In this document: positions 42,469 through 52,213 of the stretch, piece by piece
Numbering within the stretch: the stretch's first letter is position 1
How the letters are laid out: each line of letters starts with the position of its first letter
From: Bacteroidia bacterium
GTDB taxonomy: Bacteria > Bacteroidota > Bacteroidia > NS11-12g > UBA9320
Length of the DNA stretch: 64,000 nucleotides
Assembly: GCA_029268695.1 (NCBI GenBank)
Contig: JAQWNJ010000014.1
Location: 64,751-128,750, forward strand
Direction of reading: 5' to 3'
Notes under the pieces: generated by a model
What the model was told of the DNA's origin: nothing
Seen by the model: the letters and a program-made list of their open reading frames with translations, nothing else
The model's database searches: none
Position numbers and translations under genes: made by a program

Positions 42469-43803
42469 ATGACATCAATTTTAATTAAAAATGGACTATT
42501 AATTAACGAAAACGAAAAATTCATAGCAGATATATTTATAGAAGGTGATCTTATAACTGAAATTTCAAAAAATGGAATTAATAGAAACGCTTCTCAAGTA
42601 ATTGAAGCAGAAGGCAAATGGGTCATGCCTGGCGTTATTGATGATCAAGTTCATTTCAGAGAACCCGGATTAACACATAAAGCTGAAATTTATACTGAAG
42701 CTAAAGCTGCTGTGGCAGGAGGAACCACCTCGTTTATGGAAATGCCCAATACAAATCCCCAAGCTACAACGCAATTAGAATTAGAGAAGAAGTATTCCAG
42801 AGCGAAACAATGTTCTTTGGCGAATTACTCATTTTTTATGGGTGGAACCAATGATAATTTGGAGGAAGTATTAAAAACTGATCCAGAAAATATTTGTGGA
42901 ATAAAATTATTTATGGGTAGTAGCACAGGGAACATGCTCGTAGATAACGAGCAGACTCTTCGGAGTATATTTTCAAAAACACCCATGTTGATTGCTACTC
43001 ACTGCGAGGATGAATCAACCATCCGAAGAAATACTTCCATTTTTAAGAAAAAGTATGGCACCAAAATCCCATTTGAAGCACATCCTATTATTCGAAATCA
43101 TGAAGCTTGCTACCTTTCTAGTAAAATGGCTACAGATCTTGCAAAAGAATACAATGCCAGGCTTCATATTTTACATATATCCACTGAAAAAGAAATTGAA
43201 CTTTTCACTAACGCTATCCCCTTGCAAGAAAAAAAAATAACGGCGGAAGTATGTGTTCATCACTTGAGTCTAAATGATACTTATTATACGGAAAAACAAA
43301 GCTTAATTAAGTGTAACCCCGCAATAAAATCAGAAAAAGATCAAGCAGCACTTTGGCATGCTTTAAATAATGATTACTTTGATATCATTGCTACAGATCA
43401 CGCCCCACACACATGGGAAGAAAAGATGAATGATTACCTCGATGCCCCTAGTGGACTTCCTCTTGTACAACATAGCCTTCAATTAATGATTGAACATGTT
43501 AAGTCAAGTAAGATAGCTATTGAAAAAATGGTTCAAAAAATGTGTCATGCTCCTGCTCAATTATTTAATATCAACAAAAGAGGTTTTTTAAGAGAGGGAT
43601 ATTTCGCTGATATTGTTATCATCAACCCTGAAACGCAAGAAATTGTAACAAAAAACAATATTCACTACAAATGTGGTTGGAGCCCCTTTGAAGGACAACG
43701 ATTTACATCATCTATTGATCACACAATTGTATCTGGACACATGGCCTTTTCAAAAGGAAAGTTTAACGAGACAAGACTAGGACATCGATTAACATTTAAT
43801 TAA
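42469..43803 (+). CDS. pyrC: Dihydroorotase
   Basis: IDDQVHFREPG, EMPNTNP, KLFMGSSTG, HCEDE, KCNP, ATDHAPH, KCGWSPFEG. Confidence 0.92.
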   Translation: MTSILIKNGLLINENEKFIADIFIEGDLITEISKNGINRNASQVIEAEGKWVMPGVIDDQVHFREPGLTHKAEIYTEAKAAVAGGTTSFMEMPNTNPQATTQLELEKKYSRAKQCSLANYSFFMGGTNDNLEEVLKTDPENICGIKLFMGSSTGNMLVDNEQTLRSIFSKTPMLIATHCEDESTIRRNTSIFKKKYGTKIPFEAHPIIRNHEACYLSSKMATDLAKEYNARLHILHISTEKEIELFTNAIPLQEKKITAEVCVHHLSLNDTYYTEKQSLIKCNPAIKSEKDQAALWHALNNDYFDIIATDHAPHTWEEKMNDYLDAPSGLPLVQHSLQLMIEHVKSSKIAIEKMVQKMCHAPAQLFNINKRGFLREGYFADIVIINPETQEIVTKNNIHYKCGWSPFEGQRFTSSIDHTIVSGHMAFSKGKFNETRLGHRLTFN

Positions 43804-43838
43804 TAACACTGTTAATAAACTATCTTTGAAATTTTATT

Positions 43839-44303
43839 ATGCAAGTCAATAAAGCAATCCAGCTATTTGAAAAATCAATTCAAAAACACCTAAATATAAA
43901 ACCTGAAGAGATTCGCTGTAAAAATGACGGTGAATATGTAATTGTTAGGGGTAAATCTACTGAGGTTTATGTTGATATATGGCAACCTGAACAAACCAGT
44001 CAATGGCAATATTTTGATCGTGAAAAGATTGCCGGAATATTCCAAATTGTTTCCCCTATTTGTGAATATCCTCATGAAGAACATTTAGGGCAATTTATGG
44101 AAGAATTAGCTCATCTTAACTTTCATCTTTTTTCTGCAAAATTCGTAGCCAATGCTCAACAAAAAATTATAAGCATACAATACAAACGTATTTTGGAAGG
44201 GTTAAATGAAACTGAAATTATTGAACCTATTGAGGCCGTTGGTTATTATGCTGAAAACTTAAAAGAATATCTTGCCGAAAAATACCACGTTAAAAAAATT
44301 TAA
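43839..44303 (+). CDS. YbjN/type III chaperone-like domain protein
   Basis: RGKSTEVYVD, FQIVSPI, LAHLNFHL, VGYYA pattern; TATCTTTG at 43821-43828. Confidence 0.55.
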   Translation: MQVNKAIQLFEKSIQKHLNIKPEEIRCKNDGEYVIVRGKSTEVYVDIWQPEQTSQWQYFDREKIAGIFQIVSPICEYPHEEHLGQFMEELAHLNFHLFSAKFVANAQQKIISIQYKRILEGLNETEIIEPIEAVGYYAENLKEYLAEKYHVKKI

Positions 44304-44358
44304 CTGATTTACGGACAACTATTTTTATTATAGTAACATCTAATAAGTAATCCATGCG

Positions 44359-44901
44359 ATGAGCAATGATAAACATAATGACATATCATTAATAAAAGCT
44401 TGCAGCAATGGAGATCATAACGCTTTTAATAAAATATATAATAAGTACGCTGGACTAATGTATAGTATCTGTCTAAGATATATGAATTCACATAATGATG
44501 CCCAAGATGCTTTGCAGGAAGGGTTTATCAAAGTGTTTAATAAAATATCATCTTATTCATTTTCTGGGAGTTTTGAAGGTTGGATGAAAAAAATATTTAT
44601 TAATACGAGCATAGAGCTTATACGAAAGAAAAAATATCACCAAGATATCAATGACATAAGAGACTCTGAATTCAAGACAACATCTAAAATAAATGTTGGG
44701 TCTTTGGATGCTAAGAAAATGATTGATTTGATCCAAAAACTTCCTCAGGGTTATCGAACAGTATTCAACATGTATGTCATCGATGGGTATTCCCACAAAG
44801 AGATTTCTGAAATGCTTGATATTTCTGAGAGCACCAGTAAAACACAGTTATTTAAGGCACGTAAACAGCTTCAAATAAAATTAAAAGGATGGTTTGAATA
44901 A
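44359..44901 (+). CDS. ECF RNA polymerase sigma factor
   Basis: Region 2 AQDALQEGFIKVF..GSFEGWMKKI; region 4 LPQGYRTVFNMYVIDGYSHKEIS..STSKTQLFKARK. Confidence 0.95.
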   Translation: MSNDKHNDISLIKACSNGDHNAFNKIYNKYAGLMYSICLRYMNSHNDAQDALQEGFIKVFNKISSYSFSGSFEGWMKKIFINTSIELIRKKKYHQDINDIRDSEFKTTSKINVGSLDAKKMIDLIQKLPQGYRTVFNMYVIDGYSHKEISEMLDISESTSKTQLFKARKQLQIKLKGWFE

Positions 44902-46118
44902 TGAAAAAATTCAAAAACATATCAGAATTTGAAAGACTACTCAAAGACCAACTTGAGAATCATGCTACTCCACCACCATCATCAATTATAGAAAATTTTG
45001 ACCTTTCATCCATAAAGCAATCTAATGCAAAAACTTCAAAAATTATTGAATTAATTAAAAATCCAATTCAAGCAATTAAGATGGTCTCAATTATTGGGGC
45101 CTCTGCTACCATCCTATTTTTTGCAGTAAAAAATAAAAACTCCCCAATAAAAGATCTAAACGATACTATATCTGAGCATTCTTTCAGAACCATTGCAGAC
45201 TCTACTGTAAATATGCAAGACACTGAAAGCATTGAAAAAGATCTAAACGACATCCCAAAAGAGTTAAAAACATTCAAAAATGGTACGACAAACTCTTTAA
45301 TTCAGACATTACAGACAAAAAGTACTCAGGAAACTCAAATGTCTTTTAAAATTGTTGAGGACGAATCTGACAAGTCAATTAATACCGGGGAAATACCCGA
45401 AAATTTAGATGTATCTAATTTTAATCCATGCATCGGTGAAATAATCACCTTGAAAAGCAGGACCAAGGGAGACTGGTACATTAATAATCAAATATTTTCT
45501 AGAAATGCTGACCTTATTGAATATAAAGCAGATACTGATCAACCTGTTTCAATAGTTTTTACAAACGAGCATGGCGAAACTCATGAAGTGATTGAAGGCT
45601 TGAAAACTAACTATCAAATAATCACTAAAAAAATCGATTTTAACACATTCTCATTCTCAATAAACAATCAAAACATCCTTGCTAACTGGTATCTTGGTGA
45701 CACATTAATAGCTAAAAATACAAACAAATGCCAACTTAAAGAAAAACTAGTAGGTGAGTACGTAATTAAAACCGTACCCATAAATATTCCTTGTGCTGAA
45801 AAAAGTAAAACGACATTTCAAGTCAAAAGCGAAGGATCTATTAAGTTTTTCAATGTATTTACACCTAACGGAGATGGTACTAACGATGAATACCCGGTAG
45901 AAATAAGTAACTATGAAAATTATAAGATTCTCATTTTTAACCAAAGGAATGGCCAAATTATATTTACATCCGACAACCCTGAGAATCGATGGAACGGGAG
46001 CATAAATAATATTGGTGAAAATTGCCCTCCTGGAGAATATCTAGCTAAAATTAATTACACCTTAAAAGGAGAAAAACCTCAGACAAAGAATATAAAATTC
46101 ACGTTAATACGCCCCTAA
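44901..46118 (+). CDS. Membrane-anchored protein with T9SS type B-like CTD; putative anti-sigma partner
   Basis: TAATG-coupled to the sigma gene; N-terminal FERLLKDQLENHATPPP; single TM; C-terminal FNVFTPNGDGTND, IFNQRNG, WNG, CPPGEY. Confidence 0.75.
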   Translation: MKKFKNISEFERLLKDQLENHATPPPSSIIENFDLSSIKQSNAKTSKIIELIKNPIQAIKMVSIIGASATILFFAVKNKNSPIKDLNDTISEHSFRTIADSTVNMQDTESIEKDLNDIPKELKTFKNGTTNSLIQTLQTKSTQETQMSFKIVEDESDKSINTGEIPENLDVSNFNPCIGEIITLKSRTKGDWYINNQIFSRNADLIEYKADTDQPVSIVFTNEHGETHEVIEGLKTNYQIITKKIDFNTFSFSINNQNILANWYLGDTLIAKNTNKCQLKEKLVGEYVIKTVPINIPCAEKSKTTFQVKSEGSIKFFNVFTPNGDGTNDEYPVEISNYENYKILIFNQRNGQIIFTSDNPENRWNGSINNIGENCPPGEYLAKINYTLKGEKPQTKNIKFTLIRP

Positions 46119-46129
46119 ATTTGAATATT

Positions 46130-49100
46130 ATGACGAAGCAAACTAACTTTACAAACTTTTTTATGAATTATAATAATCTCATTATGAATATTTCAGGATC
46201 AAAATATGTATTTATCAAATACATATTTACATTGTTATTTATCTCATCAAGTATCATTGGTTATTCCCAATGTAGCCCAAAAGTGGTCAGAACTGATGGC
46301 ACATTGAGCACATCAGGTACTTTTTGTGAAGGTCAAATTATATCATTTGAAGCCAACTCCCCAGGATATACCACTACCATTGAGTGGGATTTTGGGTACA
46401 ACAATAACAAGAGTAGTGCTGAGAAACCCACCTTCAACTACCCTGTTGCAGGCACATACACCGTTACCTTTAAAGGGGACGGTTTTGCAGGTCAGTGTAC
46501 CGAAACGTTAACAATTACAGTTAAGCCTTCACCGGATATTTATTTTAAACGCTTGAATGATTCTGCACAATGTTTTAAAAGTAATTTATTTTGTTTTCAA
46601 GACAGTTCACAAGCACCAAGTGGTCTAATTGTGAGGCAAACCTATGTATTCAGTAACGGATTGCGAATAGATTCTATAAACCCGACCTTTCCTTACTCAT
46701 TTTGTGTAGATATTACAGACCCTAGCGGAGGATTTTTTGATTTGGTTATAGAATCTGAAGACTCTAGTGGTTGTGTTAGCAAACTATCATTCAAAGATTA
46801 CCTCTACGTTTATCCAAAATTAGGTATAGAATTTCAAAACCTGACACCTAACCCAAATCCAAATTGTGATTCCACATTAGGTGTATATAAAAATGTTTCA
46901 CTGGTTCCATTATCAGACATAGACTCTTTCGAGTGGGTATTTGGAGATGGAAATTCTGTAAAAGGTAACTCAACAACTAATACAGAATGGTGGAATGGCC
47001 TTGATCCAGCTGAACCAGGAATTATAAAGCACATGTACCGTAAAAATGGAACATTTGACGGAACACTGATTGCATCAGCATATGGATGTAGTGACACCTT
47101 TACTTTTAAAGCAGCTGTAGGCAATATTCTGCTAGAACCTAAAATTATCTCGACACCAAACCCTGCTTGTACGTCAGACAATCCAATTGAATTTTCAGTT
47201 CAAGGACTAAATGGAGCTAATGTGAGTTCATTCTTATGGAATTTTGGTAATCCTCCAGCGGGTCCACCAAACTTTAATGATAAGACTTTAACTCCAGAAT
47301 TTTCTTATGGACCAGGCCCTTGGATGATTAGTCTTAGATTACAATCAGGACCATGTGATATCACTGTATATGACACCGTTCAAGTTATCGGCCCTGGATC
47401 TACAATTGAAGTTGCATTTGATAGGGTTGCAGAAGATCAGGCATACCAATGTGTGATTGAAGATACCGTTTGTTTCCCGAATAATTCCTCTTATTATCAA
47501 AATGACTTCAATCAATTGGATGAAGATTCAATTGTTTTCTACTATAAATATACATTCGAGCGAGTGTATGACATCAGTTCAGGACTTTACACTTGGCATT
47601 ACAAGACTTGGGAGGAAAGACCACGTGGTAATTTCCTGCTCAATGATTCTACTTATGGCAACACGGATACAATCATCAACAATGGCTATAAAGTGTATTA
47701 TGATGCTTCAAAAGACTCCATAGCAGCAATTAGTGGAGGCGATACCACTTGGCACAAAGACTTTTACGCTGCAGCCCCAAATTTGAGTTATCGTTTCGGA
47801 GTTGATGGGAAAAAGCGATTTGTTTTCAACTATACACCTCCAGCAGGTAGAGGTGGGGTTGGAGTCGGAGACCAAACCGCTATTCCTCCAGCTGAGCAAT
47901 ATAAAGATTATAGACCAAATGTATGGAGAGTGTGGGATATGGGAGACCAATATGCACCTCAATGTACAACTGACTCAAGACCTTGGGTAAACAAAAATGT
48001 CGGCATAAATTGTAATTGGGTGATTGATAGTGCTCCATGCCATTGGTACACACCGTGGGACGAAATTTACAGTACTTTCCAAGAAGGTAGAAACTACACT
48101 CAACCATACCGAGAGACCCGAATATCAAAACCCTTAAGAGAGTGCTATGTGGTAAACATTTATGCTGCTGACACCATGATTGTTCCTGGCGATACAGTCT
48201 TAACAATTCCAATTGACTCATCCTACACTTATCGTGGTGTGAATATTCCAGCAGGTGTAACTTATGCAAACAATAGGCTTGGGAATTGGATTGTAAGACG
48301 TCCACCCTCTAAATTTTATGGAACTAAGTTTTATTGGGATGCTGCAAGAGACACCTTCGTTGCAATAAATAATATTGTAGACACTACCTTACATAATGAA
48401 GATTCATTAGGTAGAAATAATCCTCGTAATGGAAAAGGAAATACCCAATGGACCATAACATATCACGACATGGAATTCAGTATTCCCGCAGGTGTCACTA
48501 TTGATATACTAAAACTTGATGCTCCTGGTGGAGGTGGTGGTGCTGGTGCGACCAGATCTATCACAGGTCCAAGAAAAGTCATTATTGAAGCTGACGAACA
48601 GTTTACTTTGTATAGTCTTGATTCAATTACTCCAACAATATATATTGAAGAAAACGATCCTGACACCACCTATGCTCAACCATCTGCTTACGTTGTTCAA
48701 GAAGAAAGGTTTGGTATCCCTGTAAGGGTCGTAAAACAAGCTGTGTTTGTTGACTCAGCAGGTCACCGCGAAAAATGGTTTACTGATCAAGCAGTATGTT
48801 TTAATGTTTCTCTTTGGCAAAAAGATACAATTCACCCATTGTTATGTGAGTCTACGAGTACAAAATCATTAGCACTTATCCCACCAAATGCAAAAGGATT
48901 AGAATGGGTTAGTGGAACACCTTGTCCATTTGATGGGAACAATTTAAATTATATTCTCACTTTTGATATATCTGAGACTAAGCCAGGCTGTACACAACAG
49001 TGGTTTGCAGTAAATCTAGATACTTTTGCTGACCCAAATGCCTTTATTCCATTCAACCAAGGGCTCTTGGCTCCACCACCACCAGGGCTCCCCATACCTT

Positions 49101-51976
49101 TCGTACTTCCGTATGATATACGAGGTAATCTGGGCACTCAATTTGTCAAAGGATATACTCCAGGTCAAATAGGAGATCCCTATGCAAGAAATCCAATTGG
49201 TTCATTCGCCCTTGGATTGATTGTTGGAAACGGTAAACCAGATCCTAATGGAGGGCCTCCTGCATGTCTAGATACATTCTACTATCCAGATTTATTTAGA
49301 ATATTACCCCTCGATGCTAGTTTTGATATTGTATATCCAACACCTATTAGCACTACTCCTTTACAGTACTACATGTGCCCAGGAGATACCGCATACTACA
49401 GAATTACTAACCCAATTCAAGATAGTATCAAAACACTTCGATGGGCATGGGGTTACCAAGGTTTAGGAAAAGGTCCTAAGCTATCGATATATGTAGAAGA
49501 ATTCAAGTATTATGAACCTTATACTGGTCCTAGGCCAAACAGAAACGATAAAAACATTGTATATAATGGCGAGGATTGGTTGTATAACTATGTAGTTCGC
49601 AGAAATCTTACTGATGTGTTAGGTGAAGAATTATTGGATACTATTGTCACTTCTATCATTAAAGATTGGAAAACTGTCGCAATCAAAACAAACACCGACA
49701 GACTAATTAAAGATGCCTTTGAACAATTATTAAATCTAAACTACAATGAAATACCAGCAGAAGATATCCCATATTATCTTGGAGATGGAACCTATGGTTG
49801 TTTAGATACAACTGGAATAAGTGCTCTTTTCCAATTTGGTAAAGAAGTATATTCTGACAAAACCGGTGAGTGGGGTGTATCACGTGTAGGTGATAAAATA
49901 TATCGTACCGATACAAGTGTAACCCCAAATGTTCAAATAGAAACACAACACATTCTACACTTCAGAGACTCGTCTATGCAAGGATTTGACACCCTTATGT
50001 TGGATACCAACTTTGATGGTAAGAAGGACATGTTAACTGGTCTTTATAGACACATCTATAAATATCCTGTAATTACTAATCCAGACGAATGTAATCCTGG
50101 TGTGAAGGATACCATTTATAAAAATGGTAGTGGACCAATGGCACCATCTCTATTCTTAAACAGTACTCCTGGTTGTGAGGCAAGATCTACCAAACTCTTA
50201 AACGTAGGTTTTTACAACGACTTCTGGGTAAGTAATGAGAACTTATGTCAAGGTCTAAATCTTGTTATTGAAGATTCCCTAAGATACTATCAATATGGGG
50301 AGCAAGATCCACTAACCTATCCAATTCACGATTTCCCATTGTGGCAAACAAGATATATTACAAATAAGGAAACTTATCGAGCAGATTGGGATATTAATGA
50401 TGGCCAATTTGATAGTACTCGTTCTATAATCCTAAACCACACCTACACTGAACCAGGAGAATACACAATTACCGTTGTAGCTGAGGATAGTATTGGTTGT
50501 ACAGATACTACTTTATTGAAAGCTTATGTATCTAAGGTTATTCCTGGATTTGATTTTGGAAGTGAAATTGTGAATTGTGCATCCATTATTAATTTCCAAG
50601 ACACAACTTCAGTGATTGACCCATGTGCTGCAAAAGATACCTGCACCAATGGTACTGACTTATCTTGTGAGAAAATTATCGCATGGGAATGGGATTTCGG
50701 GGACGGAACTAGAAAAAGTATACTCCAAAATCCATCTCATAATTACACATCTGGTGGAACTTACACTGTAACACTTATCGTTACAACTCAACTCGGATGT
50801 ATAGATAGTATCAAACGACAACTATATATTCCTGGTCCACAACCAAGATTTGAGTTTGATAATGATGTATGGAACACCAATGATACAGCAGTAATCTGTG
50901 TGAATGATTTAGTTAACCTTAAAAATACTAGTCAAGGAGATGTAAATAATCCTAAATTCCAAATCATTTGGGGAGACGGAAGTAACGACCCTCCTGGTGA
51001 TATAGACTCTGTGTTTGGTCATGTTTATACGACTCCAGGAACCTATGAATTGTTCTTAATCCAAGAAGATGAAATACCAGGAACGGGTAATCGTTGTTCA
51101 AGAATTTTCCCAGATACAAATCCAGATCTACTGATTCAACGTCGAATTGTAGTTATTGTGAATCCTCGCCCTGAGGTAGAAATTACTGCATCAGATACGT
51201 TAGTTTGTCCTGATGATCCTATAACATTTACGGGTATTCTAGATGACCGATATATTCGATTAAAATGGTTAATGGGGTACAATGATGATGAGATTAACGA
51301 AAATGTACCTGATACAACCGTAACATACGCTTATCCTAATCCTGGCGTATATGATGTTGTCTTAGCACCTGAATATGATGAATTACCAAGATGTTGGGAT
51401 AGAGATACTATTAGAGTCAGAGTAGTTGACGTTAAAGCAAGTTTCGATATCGATAGCTCTGCAAGACCAGAATTCTGCTTCACTAATACATCAACTGGAG
51501 CTATTAGCTACCAATGGACGTTCGAAGAAAATGATCCTGAGGTAGATGGCTCTAGTGAAGAAACAGACCCATGTTATAATTGGGGTGAACGAAAAGGTGT
51601 TTATCAAGTATGTCTTACGGCAATCAGCTCAGAAGGTTGTGAGGACGACACTTGTCAAACAATATCAAATACGTTTATGAGACGACTTGTCCCATACAAC
51701 GTCTTCACTCCTAACAGCGACGATGATAAAAACACTGAATTCGTAGTTGAAGGAGAAAGCCTTGATGAATACGAAATTAAAATCTTTAATCGATGGGGTG
51801 AGTCTGTCTTCAAGTCCACTGATATTAACTACTCTTGGAACGGTAAAGTTAACAATACCGGAGAAGAATGCCCTGAAGGAACCTACTTCTACATCATAAA
51901 CTACACATTTAAATTTGGTGAGAAAAATGAAGGTAAAGGACCTATTGAAGGTTCTGTAGACTTGATTAGAAATTAA
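46130..51976 (+). CDS. Large PKD-domain surface protein with T9SS type B CTD
   Basis: Signal peptide ending GYSQ; multiple WDFG/WVFGDG/H.Y..PG.Y PKD motifs; YNVFTPN, IFNRWGE, WNG, CPEGTYFY, terminal LIRN. Start may be 46130, 46163 or 46184. Confidence 0.88.
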   Translation: MTKQTNFTNFFMNYNNLIMNISGSKYVFIKYIFTLLFISSSIIGYSQCSPKVVRTDGTLSTSGTFCEGQIISFEANSPGYTTTIEWDFGYNNNKSSAEKPTFNYPVAGTYTVTFKGDGFAGQCTETLTITVKPSPDIYFKRLNDSAQCFKSNLFCFQDSSQAPSGLIVRQTYVFSNGLRIDSINPTFPYSFCVDITDPSGGFFDLVIESEDSSGCVSKLSFKDYLYVYPKLGIEFQNLTPNPNPNCDSTLGVYKNVSLVPLSDIDSFEWVFGDGNSVKGNSTTNTEWWNGLDPAEPGIIKHMYRKNGTFDGTLIASAYGCSDTFTFKAAVGNILLEPKIISTPNPACTSDNPIEFSVQGLNGANVSSFLWNFGNPPAGPPNFNDKTLTPEFSYGPGPWMISLRLQSGPCDITVYDTVQVIGPGSTIEVAFDRVAEDQAYQCVIEDTVCFPNNSSYYQNDFNQLDEDSIVFYYKYTFERVYDISSGLYTWHYKTWEERPRGNFLLNDSTYGNTDTIINNGYKVYYDASKDSIAAISGGDTTWHKDFYAAAPNLSYRFGVDGKKRFVFNYTPPAGRGGVGVGDQTAIPPAEQYKDYRPNVWRVWDMGDQYAPQCTTDSRPWVNKNVGINCNWVIDSAPCHWYTPWDEIYSTFQEGRNYTQPYRETRISKPLRECYVVNIYAADTMIVPGDTVLTIPIDSSYTYRGVNIPAGVTYANNRLGNWIVRRPPSKFYGTKFYWDAARDTFVAINNIVDTTLHNEDSLGRNNPRNGKGNTQWTITYHDMEFSIPAGVTIDILKLDAPGGGGGAGATRSITGPRKVIIEADEQFTLYSLDSITPTIYIEENDPDTTYAQPSAYVVQEERFGIPVRVVKQAVFVDSAGHREKWFTDQAVCFNVSLWQKDTIHPLLCESTSTKSLALIPPNAKGLEWVSGTPCPFDGNNLNYILTFDISETKPGCTQQWFAVNLDTFADPNAFIPFNQGLLAPPPPGLPIPFVLPYDIRGNLGTQFVKGYTPGQIGDPYARNPIGSFALGLIVGNGKPDPNGGPPACLDTFYYPDLFRILPLDASFDIVYPTPISTTPLQYYMCPGDTAYYRITNPIQDSIKTLRWAWGYQGLGKGPKLSIYVEEFKYYEPYTGPRPNRNDKNIVYNGEDWLYNYVVRRNLTDVLGEELLDTIVTSIIKDWKTVAIKTNTDRLIKDAFEQLLNLNYNEIPAEDIPYYLGDGTYGCLDTTGISALFQFGKEVYSDKTGEWGVSRVGDKIYRTDTSVTPNVQIETQHILHFRDSSMQGFDTLMLDTNFDGKKDMLTGLYRHIYKYPVITNPDECNPGVKDTIYKNGSGPMAPSLFLNSTPGCEARSTKLLNVGFYNDFWVSNENLCQGLNLVIEDSLRYYQYGEQDPLTYPIHDFPLWQTRYITNKETYRADWDINDGQFDSTRSIILNHTYTEPGEYTITVVAEDSIGCTDTTLLKAYVSKVIPGFDFGSEIVNCASIINFQDTTSVIDPCAAKDTCTNGTDLSCEKIIAWEWDFGDGTRKSILQNPSHNYTSGGTYTVTLIVTTQLGCIDSIKRQLYIPGPQPRFEFDNDVWNTNDTAVICVNDLVNLKNTSQGDVNNPKFQIIWGDGSNDPPGDIDSVFGHVYTTPGTYELFLIQEDEIPGTGNRCSRIFPDTNPDLLIQRRIVVIVNPRPEVEITASDTLVCPDDPITFTGILDDRYIRLKWLMGYNDDEINENVPDTTVTYAYPNPGVYDVVLAPEYDELPRCWDRDTIRVRVVDVKASFDIDSSARPEFCFTNTSTGAISYQWTFEENDPEVDGSSEETDPCYNWGERKGVYQVCLTAISSEGCEDDTCQTISNTFMRRLVPYNVFTPNSDDDKNTEFVVEGESLDEYEIKIFNRWGESVFKSTDINYSWNGKVNNTGEECPEGTYFYIINYTFKFGEKNEGKGPIEGSVDLIRN

Positions 51977-51997
51977 TCTGTAATTCTATATCACATT

Positions 51998-52033
51998 AAA
52001 AAACCATTTGCTAAGGCGAATGGTTTTTTATTT
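51998..52033 (+). terminator. Intrinsic terminator
   Basis: AAAAAACCATTTGC-taag-GCGAATGGTTTTTT hairpin right after the large gene. Confidence 0.85.
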
Positions 52034-52071
52034 ATTGAATCAATTTAAAATAATTTATGTTGATTTGCAGT

Positions 52072-52176
52072 GCTTATAAAGAAAGACTGAGGGATTAGGC
52101 CCATAGACGTCTTGGCAACCTGAGTATCAAAATATCAAGGTGCTACATCCTATCCCACAATTGGGAGAAGATAAGT
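52072..52176 (+). promoter_or_regulatory. SAM-I (S-box) riboswitch
   Basis: P1 GCTTAT/ATAAGT; AAGA; P2 AGAC-TGA-GGG..GCCC..GTCT with kink-turn; P3 GGCAACC..AGGTGCT; pseudoknot TAGG/CCTA; P4 TCCC/GGGA; directly upstream of metH. Confidence 0.92.
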
Positions 52177-52213
52177 GTTCTATAAACCTAATTGTAAACT
52201 CTCATTAATAATT

